Shown here piece after piece: positions 47,345 through 59,663 of a stretch of DNA of 64,000 nt. Position 1 is the first letter of the stretch. The number at the start of each line of letters is the position of its first letter. The stretch lies in the NCBI RefSeq assembly GCF_009914755.1, contig NC_060927.1; one strand, 5' to 3'. This stretch comes from the human T2T-CHM13v2.0 reference genome, Homo sapiens. The notes beneath the pieces were generated by a model, which made no database searches, was not told the DNA's origin, and was given only the letters and a program-made list of their open reading frames with translations. The translations under genes and the position numbers were made by a program.

Positions 47345-47940
47345 AATGTATGTCTCAGAGCTTGGAATAAGGCCATCCACTCCAAAAGGACAATGTTTTA
47401 AAGAGAAATGTAGCTGGAACTCCCTGTGTCACCATTACTTAGTTTTATGTTCAGGAAACTTTGTCTAGAAAAAAAAAAATTAGACCACCTAGGTTAAGAT
47501 GTCTCAATTGTATTTTCCAAAAAACTTTCCCTAAGAAAGCTAAAACTACATATAAATACTTTTTTTTTTTTCTTCAGGGAATTCTTGAATATAAGGGTAT
47601 CTTAGATAACTATTTGCTCACCTTAACAACCTGCATGCTTATCAAACAATAAATTACTTATCAAGGATTACTTAAAGACCTTTGCCTTACTATGTCCATC
47701 AAGCTTAAGTTGTTATCTTAAATGTTGTCCTACCTCAATAATTTATTTTCCCTGAAAGACCTTCCTTAACATGTGTAAATTCAGACCCCAAGTTCTGTAA
47801 ATACCCAGCTTATTGCTTCTCCTTCTGAAAAACTGGCAAAACTCTGTCAGGCTGGTGTCTCCTTTATTGCATGTTTTTAAAAAAATGTTAGTTTTGATTT
47901 ATGAACAGATTGGTGATATTTTGAAGAATTCTATATTAAG
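47345..47940 (+). mobile_element. Old ERV1-class LTR (MER67/MER89/MER92-like)
   Basis: 3' motif aactctgtcaggctggtgtctcctttattgca...ttagttttgatttatgaacag. Confidence 0.45.
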
Positions 47941-48559
47941 TGAGCAACAGTGTACATTACAATGTCTAATAGTTACAGTAGAAGTTATTGAAACTTCGAA
48001 ACATTAAAAAGTGTGTTTGAGTTCTGTACCTGCCTGTAGATTTTAACATCTGCTTAACTTGGAGTATTATAATAATCTAATCCTGAGGACTTCATAATTT
48101 CTAATGTAATATTACAGTTTACATATATTGATGGTTTTAAAATAATTTACAAAAGTTATGTTTTTTTGATAATAATTCTGTTCCACAAAAAAATCGTGCG
48201 TATCATTTTTCCCAACCTTTGAAAACCTTGTTGCTAGATTATATTATGAAAAACTAGCAAATAAGTAATTGCGACCACTTAGCAAGTGTTACCATCTGAG
48301 TTGCCACAAGTATCAAGTAAACTTCTTCGAGAGTATAATATAGATTGTAAAGCAGCACGTTTGTATCCACAGATAGAATTATCTGCCCACCAAAGATAGT
48401 GAAGTGATTAGTGTCACCTCTTGCATCGTGAATAGTTGGATGGATAGAGTTGGTTGAGATTGCTGAGGTGCTTATTATTAACGGCTTAACTCTTAAGTAT
48501 TTTCTCTCTTTAAAATTTCCCATTAAACTACCGCACCCACTGGTTAATTTCAGTATTAG

Positions 48560-50885
48560 TTAGCTTTAAGTTTCAAGTTAGTAGAGGAAAAAATTTTATG
48601 CGCTTTCTCCTCCTATACTGGAAGAGGAACATGAAACCGAAACGCAAATTCTGGGTTTAATGAATCTAAGATAAATCAGTATCTTCAAATGGCAATATAA
48701 AAAGATGGAGAGCTGAAGACATAATAATAGACTAAGCAGAAAACCAACAATTGTGAAATTTTCTTCCTTGGTGAAGAAAATATTAACAAAGTATACACTG
48801 ACTTACTCCGGGAAGGTTAACGTTTTGAGGCACAGGTTGATAAAAATACTGTAATTTAAGTTGGTGTTGGATATGATGAAAACAGACACTGTTTAAAAGT
48901 CTGATTATAGAACAAGAAGAACTCAAGACTGCAAGTTCCATTATTCATGGGCAGGTGGATAAATCTTCCACATTTCAAGAGATAGAAGATTTAATCTTTG
49001 AAATAATTCAATTAGCTACTCCCAACTTCAGGATCCAAAGAAGTCAGACACTGCTTTCTGAATTATGAGACTTGAGTTCTCATTTTCTTCCTAACTTTTA
49101 GAAAAATGACAGAGAGACTTTTCCTTCAAGGAAGAATATAGGTGTATCCTTCTCTGGCTAAACAGGACAACTCCAGGTAAGAGACACATAGATAATTGAC
49201 ATTTGGGAGCAACAAATAAAGTTCAAACAAATTGCCAAAGCTGGCCAGAATTTGAGGAAACACTCCAAGGTGGGAAATGACCAAATAAACACACTTTTTA
49301 AAAAAGAAAAGCTTTACAAAAAATCTCAGGATGAACAAGGCTTTACAAAGAGTAGAACACTTCAAAACTGTATAATCTGTACCCCTTGGGAAAACCCAAA
49401 ATAAGAGCAGAGGAAGCTATACAAAAGCTATAAAAATTGCAATTAGAGATCAAGATAAGAATTTTAGAAACTCGACAAATGAGTAGATAAAATTAGAAAC
49501 ATCTGTGAAATTTTGCAGGATATAAATCAGGAATTCTTTTGAAAATTAGGGGGATAAAAACCAAGAAAATAGTAGAGAACATATAAGAAAATTGAGTGAG
49601 TTAGGCAGAACAATATCCCTCTAGGAGATGTCTCAGAAAGAGACAACAGAGGAAATACTGGGGAAGAAATTAAGAAGGAAATAATACAAGAGAAAACAAT
49701 CTCAGAACTATAAGAAATAAGTCTCCACATTAGAAGGGCTCACCAAGTGTCCAAGAAAATGAATGTAAAAGGATTCACTCTGAGGCATGTAGTCATACAT
49801 TTTCTTCAAAATACTGCTTATAAAACACATATCCTGAAATCCTCCAGATACTGATAATAAAAAAGTTTCATACAAAGAATAGGAAATCAGCATGACATGA
49901 GGCTCTTTATCTGCCACACCAAATGAAAGTTAGAAGACAATGGATAAAATGCCTTCAGAATTCAGACAGAAATGATTTTCCTCTTTAAAATGTATTTACT
50001 CAAATAATATGACTGAATCTGGATTTCAGTATGAAGGTAGAGTAACAATGTTTTCAGATATTCACTGTCTCAAACATTTTCCTTCCATGCACCCTTTAAA
50101 TAAAAATTGAATATAGGATACACCCCAAAAATAATGAGAAAAGAAAGAAAGGGGAAGGATAGGATTCAAAGAACAGAGGATCTGTTGCAAGAAAGAGATC
50201 AAGAGAATTCCCAAGATGAGGTCAAAGGAAATATTGTGAAAAGAGCCTGACAACAGGTTTAAATAAAAGCAACTGGTATATTTTGGAGCAGTATGAAAGT
50301 AACCCCAGAAAGGATATCTACAGAGGAAAAAATAAAATTGACAGATTTTCTGACAGGTCTGTCTATATGAACATTTTATTGGGAGGACTTTTCGGATCTT
50401 TTGGATAGTATAAAAATTTGGCAAAAGATCCAAAGACTATTAAACAATAAAAATGAATAATGTTTAACTATAAGGAAACCAACAGGGGAAGTGAAAAATA
50501 TGAAAGTATAATTGTAGTAAACTATGACTCAATAGTGAACAATATCTATTATGATGTCATAATAATTAAAACACTGATTATGGCATTAAGCAAAGATTGT
50601 GATATAACTACATTTTGAAATATAAAGGTCGGGAAAGCAGACAGTAACAAAGCTTAAATCCTCACTTGCCAAAGTAGAAAATTTAATGAATAATGTCAAT
50701 GTACATCTATCCACCAACATAAGCATGTTATTTGGAACTATAGAAGCAAGATCCAAAAGTTTCTCCTTCCATGATTGGCGTGATGGGAGCAGGAACCCTG
50801 GTGTTTATTCTATGCACTTAGCACTATTGAATGCTCAAAATGTTTTCCTTGTTTTCCTTTGATAAAATATTAATTAATTAAAAAT
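48560..50885 (+). mobile_element. HAL1 (half-L1) element, ORF1-like
   Basis: ccttctctgg...gataattgacatttggg, ccagaatttgaggaaa, ttagaagacaatgg..aatgccttcagaattc; A-rich end; 5' boundary uncertain. Confidence 0.7.
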
Positions 50886-50949
50886 TGTTTGGCACCAGTA
50901 CATGTGCTTGGCCATTGTGAGAAGTGCTAAGAAAAAACTTTGTTCTGAA

Positions 50950-51190
50950 TTAAGAAATTGGGTTAAAAGCAAGATGCCCAAAGAGTTTGGCTTTAAATCT
51001 TGAGTTCTATTCCACATATCTGTATCTGCTTGAACATTTATTTACTCTCTTTACTTCATATGCAAATATCAGATAATTTTACTACTTACCTTGTGGACTT
51101 GTTGATTCTTCTCACTTCTTTGTTAAGGTAGCAAGATAATGATGTAAAATGCTGGGCACAGGAATAGCAACTGTTTAATGAATGAATGAC
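50950..51190 (+). mobile_element. MIR
   Basis: ggctttaaatcttgagttcta...gatgtaaaatgctgggcacag. Confidence 0.55.
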
Positions 51191-53424
51191 TGATGATGAT
51201 GAAGACTATAGGGAAAATGGTGATGAGACAATCATAAATCCAACAAAACATTCATTATTTCCCAAGCATCCTCAAAAATTCCCAAACTATACAGTAACCT
51301 ACTTTATTCTCTATTCTTTTATAAAACTGTATCTGATAGTATCATCTTTATTGTCATCAAAATGGCTGATAAAGTGAGAAGCATTTTCATAAAGACATAC
51401 AAATTTGGATTATCCTAATAGTAATTAATACCAAAGTTATTTGGATGTGTATTTTTTCATCATTTTTCTTAATTTTGACACCATTTTTTGTTGACATTTT
51501 TAATCCAAGTCAATATTTTTCATTCACTTTGACTATTCAACGTTTTTAATATGCATCTCTATTTAAACTTGAAGAAGTCTCCACACATGTAAGATATACA
51601 CAAGTGGGAAGGTGGGGAAAAGAAAGATGCCCCCAGTGGGTGGATTGTTTGATGAGGAGTGGGTTAGAAGAAGGCAGATAAATTATCTATTACTATGATT
51701 TTTTAATAAAACATTAAAGAAGGGTGTAAAGATTGAAAGCTAATTGTTTTTTGCCTAGTGAGATTCTGTCCTTGCCATTTTGACTAATGTTTCCTCAAAC
51801 ATTAGTTTCAGAAATCATACCATGATTTGAGGCTATTAATTCCCAGGAAAAGAGCATATGACATTTTGCTGCTGAATCTTGTTTTTAATTACTAATTACT
51901 TAAGGAGATATGAGAAGCATATAGTGGCTTTTAATTTCTTTTCCAGTTTACAATTTAAAAAATTAGTTTAAATTATTTACAGAGAAGATAGTGTCACATT
52001 AGTACACTAAATTGAAATAGAATTGTATTCCACTGCCTTGGCTTCAAATGACTTAGTGTGCTTGAAATGATTACCTGTATATGGATGGCTAAATAGAGAA
52101 ATATTAGGTGTTTAGTATGTTGTGAACTTCTTCCTGGCCTATTTATTGCCTAAGTGGCACTTAAGAAAATTAGACAAAATTTTGCACTAAGCCTGATGCA
52201 TAATCAATCTATTCAATAATTCCCACTATGCCTTGACCTTCATAAGGTCACTCCACTGTTGACAAGTCTTGTCTGTAACTTAAAGTTACAGACAGCTGGG
52301 TAAGCCCATCAAGTGTCATGGACACATCTATTTGGGCACTTCTTCAATACTTTGACTTTGAAAAACTTTCAATTCACCAACTGGTATCAGTGGTCTAAAG
52401 AGGGTCACTTCTTGATTATTTGACAGCTCCTGGAAATCTCTGTGTTTTTTTTTTGCTTCTCTCTAAGAATAATTATAGATATAAAGGCTTGGAATTCATT
52501 TTAAACCTGTGATAGTGTGACTACAGTTCAACATAAAGATTGATAATGTAGTGTCTGTTATGACTCATATCTTAGCCAGTTTTTGTTCCCCAATGTCAGT
52601 TTTCATGTTATACACATTTCCTTTTAGTTGAGTATGAAAAGTAGAGCTAGCAACATATATTTGGAGTTTTTGAGTTTGTAGGCATCATTACAATTGTAAT
52701 AATTTTATACTCACTGAGAGGGCCACAGTTATGTTTTAGGTATATTGTAATTGCCTATGATTCCTAGCTTTGGTTGGCACTGCTATTTGGACATTAGTTG
52801 TTGATCATCAACCTATTCACAAATTGTTATTCAACATAATGGAATATTCTGAACAAGAAATTTTGCAATGATTGTGAAAAGTTCATACATTTTGGCTGTG
52901 TTGACCATGGGCTTCAGACTTGTTTCCAAGAAGCATCAAAATAATTAAAACTAAATTTCAGGCACAATAAATAGCCATGTCAACTTCCATATCTACATGA
53001 TAAAGTGAGAACGGTTTGGGAGTATACAGCTGGGTGCATAAACTTACAAGGGAGTTTCTTTGAAGAAAACAATATTTTTCTCTTACAAGAATTAATTCAA
53101 ATGCTGCTGGTTTGTGGTGCTAAAAAAATGTTTCTAGCTACAGTGTTTTAAATTCCCCTGAAGAAAACAAAATGTTTTATGAATATTAGGATTCAGTTTT
53201 AGACTTTCTTACATTTGGAAACAGGGCTACTTGTTGGAGGGGTTCTCATTTTACTTCACAGTGAGTGAGTGGCTCCAGCTGACTTCTTGGGTGCTTTGTT
53301 GAATTGGTGGAATAGGTAATAGTGGTGAATGACTAAACATAGCAGACATAACCATTAGTAACTCATAGTGACTTGGAAGACACCTCAAGGGAAACAGCGT
53401 TCAGCCCTTTCATCTTTTGTAGCT

Positions 53425-53940
53425 AGGCCTTCGGTCTTTCAGTTGCAAGAAACTTAAATTCAACTCAAACTAACTCAAAGAAAAGAGAAATTAATTGACC
53501 CATATAGTCAAGGAGGGATTTAGGAGTATTTACCGAATAGAATTTTTAAAAAACAAACAGCAGATGAATTAAATATTTAGAACCCACAGTTTAACCGTGC
53601 TGGGATTTTATTTGACCTTCTCTTGCTTCTGTTTCTTGCTGTGTGTTGGCTCAATTTCCTTCTAGTGATCATAAGCTTTAAAACAACCACATTTTAGCAA
53701 CTTCAGTGGGAAAGCACATGATATTTGTAAATACTTATGGATTAATATCAAGCAGAGAGTTGGATTTATCCATCCTTTGAGCCAACCACTATTGTCTGGG
53801 AAATAGGTTATAATATTTGCTAACTCCTATTGCTCATCGCTATGACCAGAGGGCTAGTGCAAACTACAGGTGGAAGAATATAAAAGACATTCTTTTGTAA
53901 AAACAGGAAAAAAATAACACTGCCTAGCACGTCCACTGCA
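53425..53940 (-). mobile_element. Old MLT1 (J/K-like) LTR
   Basis: tttcagttgcaagaaac..caactcaaactaac, ctgtgtgttggctcaatttc, tgagccaaccactattg. Confidence 0.65.
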
Positions 53941-54249
53941 CCACTTCTTGTGCAAACACCTGTATAACATCCTTATAGGTACTCCTCAGCATTAACTGGG
54001 TAAAATGTAGGATATGATGAAAAGTTTATTAGACCTGGCATCTATCTCATCTCTGTTTCTAGCCAGTTTTGTGGTGATGAAAAAGACATTTTGCAGCTCT
54101 GAACTTTATTTCTTCATCCATAAATTTGTTGCTCTATCATTTTCAATCTCTGTGAATAGGAATTACTGACTGACAATCTCATTCTGTTGTTGTAGAACTC
54201 AGATCAAGCTCCATTGAGCTAAATGTTGTCTTTCTTGCATTATAATACA

Positions 54250-54450
54250 GAAATTAAGAGTGAACTCTTATATCAGATAACCCTTAGTTTGAATCCTAGT
54301 ATGTGGTACTCAGCAATTCACTCAAACTCTCTATGTCTCAGTTTCTTCATTGAAAGGATTTAATTAGAAGATGTATATAAAGTGTTGGCAAAATGCCTAG
54401 CACATATAAACACTGGATAAATATTAGTCATTGCTCTTATTAGTATTATT
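54250..54450 (+). mobile_element. MIR
   Basis: gtttgaatcctag...ctctctatgtctcagtttcttcat...tgcctagcacata. Confidence 0.7.
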
Positions 54451-54917
54451 GTTTTCATTATTATTTTTAACTTACAACAACTGGAGTTTGGCTTGTCAAG
54501 AGTCGTGCAGAATTAAAGAGTCTGTCTTTCATGGGGACAAATCTTTCTTTCCCTCCTGCTTCACCATAGTTTACAATTCTTTAGAGAAGAGGCGCTTTGG
54601 ATACTTCCCCACATAATACAGACGATATCTTTCATTTCTAATTGCCCAGGATCAAAGACTAGTTCCACATTAACTAAACGGCCTTACCATTTTAATGTGT
54701 TTTGAATCATTTACAATCCAGAGATATGGAAACATAGCAAAATTTTAGAGTAATGGTAAAAAGCACCTGGGAACATGGTGTAGGATGGTGTAGGAGCAGG
54801 TAATTGAGCACAGACAGTTCATTTAAATGCCTAGATCATGTAAAATTATTTACTTGGAACTGGCCCAAGTAATTTGCAATAAATGACCTTATTTTTTGCA
54901 TGTTGAAAACTGCTTTT

Positions 54918-55263
<346 letters not shown>

Positions 55264-57009
55264 TAATTTTTTGACATGTGCTATTATCTGGAAGAAAGTA
55301 ATAACAGGTGAAAAAATAATTGTTACTTTAAATGATGTCTTAGGGACAGCCAAGACATACCATTAGCTAGGGCAAAAATTTATTCAAACTACTTCAGAAT
55401 TATGTAGACAGTTTTTTTGTTTGTTTGTTTGTTTGTTTTTTAATGGGATGGGCATTTTTGATCAAATGTGCAAAATAGCTTAGCGTCATTTTTTATGATT
55501 TTTAATTTTCTGTCTTAAACTTATATACTTTTTTGAACAGTGGTATTTTAAATTAATATTAATGTGGAAAATTCAGAGCATTCTTGTTTCATCATCTTGA
55601 CAACCAGGTTAGACTGGTAAGGTGGGAATTATAATGATTATCTTCATTTTACTAAAACAATTTTCCCAAGGTTACACAGCTAGTCTATGGCCAACACAGA
55701 CTTGCAGACATACGTATTATAACCAAAAGAAAGTGTTCTTATTAATGGAAAATAGGGTAAGGTATTTGTTCTGTTTTTCTAATGTTGCTTTAGATTCTTT
55801 AGACAAATCATCTGTGCTAAGGTTGCTTATAAAAGCATCTGAAGATCAATGGAATTAAGTTGAGACAATTCTGAAATGAAAATTCAAGTGATGAAATTCC
55901 CCAGAGTTCAATTATTTGAGTTAAAAGTGTTTGTAATAACAGATCTTGGTACATAGTTGGCACATTTCTCCGTTGTGTTTTTCCTCTTTCTATCACCTTT
56001 CAGTTTCTATTACAACACTCTTAGGGAGTTTACTAATAAATTAATTATTGGAAAGCATATATTGCCTGAAGGTTTATGTACCAGTAGCCATTAGCCACAA
56101 TATGCCTAGAATAGATATGTCATTTCCCGGTTGAAATATCGATCCAGGAGAACAAATGAACAAATTATCAATTTGGACATGCCAAGAAAAAAAAATTGAA
56201 TATGTAGCCATGTTTATTTGAGACATTTTACTCCATAAAGCATGTTTAATAAAAAGAATGAGTTCATGCAAGAATTGCAAACAGCCAGTCAGAGCCATGT
56301 GATGGTACTGGAAGTTGTTTTACAAATGTATGTTCCAGTTCAGGAGCGTCCTCTCTTAGTAAAAACTTCCTTTTAATAGCAGCATCTTAGGCACTTGATC
56401 CACAGAAGGAAGTAATTAAATTTAATACATGCAACACTCATTTTGAGGACACCTTCGATTTAAAGTAGCGGGGGGCATAATTAAGTCTAATAGAAATCAT
56501 GGCTTGAGAATGAAGATACACTATCAAGCAAACACAGACCAAGTCTACACAGAACCAATTACCTGGTTAATTAGGGCTACAAGCTGTGTTTATTTCATGT
56601 TATTCAACCAAAGCAAAGCTTGAGGGTTGATATTGTTTGTTTATTTATTTAGTTGGAATTACATTTATAATTGGAATTAAATGAATATAAACCACAATAT
56701 TAGATGAGCTTAATGCTCATATATAGCCACCCAAAAAGAAAAACAAAGAAGTGGAATCATTAACTAAGTGTTTTTAACTGAAAGAGTAGATTTGGAAGCA
56801 TATATATACATAGCCTAAACCATCAGAAAAAAAAAAACTATATTCCCCTTTCCACTCTTTATCATAAGTATAACTTCAATTAAAGGAAATAACTTTGATT
56901 TATAGTTAGACCACAACATAGTATCTGTTGTCCTGTCTGTTATAGATCAAGTCAGCTTGGTGTAATGGAAACAACTCTGGCTTAGGAGTTAAGAGTTCGT
57001 GGTTTTTAT

Positions 57010-57560
57010 CATTTCAATTCATTTATACTTCTGTTTGTCAGACATACGTTGACCCTACAGTGTGGTAGTCAGCAGAGGGAAAGATGGGGAAAATAACTAA
57101 ACCAACAAGATCTAATTCTTACCATTGAGGAGCTTGTAGAATACTGTTAGAAGTAAACATTTGAGAATAATTATGGTAAGATGTATTTAATAGTAGAATG
57201 GATGTTTGTAGAAAGAGTTGTAAGACATAAAGGAGGAAGAACTGAAAAATAAAACAGGAATCAGTTACTCTGTATTTTCCCGGACCTTAAAGGGTGATAA
57301 CCAAAGGCCCAGGGAAGGGCAATGGAGGTAGAGTCAGCAGCACATGCAAGGACATGAACAGAGGCCCAAGACATTCCTTTGAGATTCCAGATTATATGGG
57401 GGATCTGTAGTAAAATGGGCGTGGGACTAGGAAGCTCTGATTGTTCAGAGCAGATGAAACCTGAGGTGAAAAAGGAAAAGGGAGGCCAGATGCTGGGTAC
57501 ATTTATGGGATATATGTAAGGTTTGACTTTACCTTTTGGAAAACAATCTTTGAAGCCAAG
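57010..57560 (-). mobile_element. L2 remnant
   Basis: ttgaggagcttgtag, cagcacatgcaaggacatg, gggaggccagat..aaggtttgactttacc. Confidence 0.6.
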
Positions 57561-58124
57561 AAGTTCTTTATGTTTTGCCTATATTGTTACCTGAACCCTG
57601 AGACCTTATACTTCCTTTTATCCAAACAGTGTCTGGTATACTGTGTGTTGAATGAATATGAGTGAAGAAATAATTGGTAACAATTAGTATTCAATTTTAT
57701 ATCATAATTTTTAATTTATGATTTTAAGGATCATGCCCTTAGTAAATTAGACACACAGTGGTCTTCCTGGAATGCGTTTATGCCTAGATACAACACCAGA
57801 AGCACAATGTAAATTGACGATAATAAAGAACTGACACATGTGTCAAGAAACAGCAACGTAAGCAGTTGTGCCTCAGAGAAAGGCATAGAGAGTTTTAGCA
57901 AAAAGCTGTGCATTGGGTAAAAATCATGGAAAAAAAGCCAAAGAAAAGTTAACTCAGGCTCTCCAATAATCTGATTGTGAGGTTTCACTCACATCATTCC
58001 TCTAAGTTTTATTAATTAATTATATAAGTTTTTTGAGCACTTACTGTGCTCAAGGACATTAGGGCATGAAGCAACAATGGACACTGTTCTCGTCCTAATT
58101 TGGCTTGCATTTAATGGGCTAAAG

Positions 58125-58270
58125 TCAGCAAGGACTCTTTGAGAGCAAGCAACAGACACCACCGTGAGTTCTCACCAGCCAAAACGGACTTAATTAGAAG
58201 CACCCAGAGTAGCTTACAGATGGAAAGAAAGATGGAAATCCAGGCCTTGGAAAGACCAGAGATCAACAAA
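58125..58270 (-). mobile_element. Old MLT1 (M/N-like) fragment
   Basis: ggactctttgagagcaagcaacagacacc...gtagcttacaga...ccaggccttgg. Confidence 0.45.
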
Positions 58271-59663
58271 ATAGAAAATTACGTAGTAGGAATTAATAGA
58301 ATATGGAATATATATACAATGGACCATGGGGTGCAGTGGGGGAGCAATTTTGCAAAGGAGAATGGAATTATCACTAACAGAAAAGATAGGGTATATTGAA
58401 TAGGCAAAATAGAACGTTTGTACAAAAAAAATCTTTTTCTTTAGATAATTTCTGAGGCGTTTTCTGGTTGTAAAAGTTCTGGAAGTTGGCAAAGGATCAT
58501 GGTTTGGTGTTTCCTACTTTTTTAAATCATATTTTTCTTTCTTTAGAATGCAACCCTGCCTTTTGTGAATAGAATTTCATAAGTGAAGGAAGCTGGCTTT
58601 CATCTCAAAGTGAAACTAAAAAAAAAAAAATAGTAAAAAGTTTTCCTTTCAAAAGAAGAGGCTGTGATTGTCTTTAAAGTAGTTCTATAAATAAGCATTC
58701 TGCAGTCTGTGACACACTTTAGAGAAAGAGCAAAGTTCAGTTCTATAGCTCATTTAAAAATATCCTTCTTGAGTTGAGATGGTCCCACAGAGATTTATTT
58801 TCATGGATTTATAAGCTCTGAGAAACTGCAGTTTAAACATAGGCTGGCTGAAAAATGCTTAATTACTCAGTTTGGTCACTGAAGCAACATTAGCCCTCTA
58901 GTCAAAGAAAATGACAGTGTTATCAAAACTAACCTGCAAAGCTTTATTAAAACTATCTTTGGCGATAATCTCTTTTAAGAATGCATTGTTTTTAATTAGA
59001 CCTTGGCTTTGAAAGCAAGAAGGGTCAATGAAAAAAAATTTAATCATGTCCAAGCTACTGTGCTACATCTTTACAAAATTCAATTATTTCTATCCAGTGT
59101 GGCACAAGAAACATTTGGCAACTGATTAAAACAATTCTTAAAGCAAATTACAGCACTGTCAGAAAACAAGAAATCAGAATGTCAAAATACAAGGACATTT
59201 CTATGCAAAATGTCTTGCAAGTGTCTTTGACAGAGTATTTCTGTCTGCTTGTTTTATTACTTTCATTAATTTGGTCCACATCAAGTAAAAAGAAAAAAAA
59301 ATACTTCCATGTGTTAGCTATTTGAAATAAAAATTCTCAAATGAATAATATTCCCAAAGATAACCAAAGTAGCCATGTGGGGAAATTTTATGCTTTAATT
59401 TTATCCAAGCTTACTCAGCACTGTAAAAATCTATGTTGAGGTTTCTAGCTGTAGGGATCCCAAAATAACTGCTTTTTTTTTTTTTTTTTGGCAGTAAATC
59501 CACATCTATGCAATTTCAGCTACTACTAATATGTAGATGCCATTAGACGTAGATGTTATGTATTATTTCAGGGCAGAATAAAACATAACAATATGTAATT
59601 TATAATATATTTGATGTGCATTTTAAAAAGTGAAGTTTTTTAAAGTTTAGAATGAATAACAAG

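Noticed and set aside
48254-48523. Possible cytochrome b NUMT suggested by G-poor strand and hydrophobic peptide
   Set aside because: No conserved CYTB motifs (e.g. WNFGSLLG) and no convincing nucleotide match
48880-49068. Protein-looking plus frame (SLIIEQEELKTASS...)
   Set aside because: No start or splice support and lies within probable HAL1 5' sequence
58139-58399. 86-aa ORF in apparently unique DNA
   Set aside because: Non-ATG start, overlaps an old MLT1-like fragment, no homology recognised
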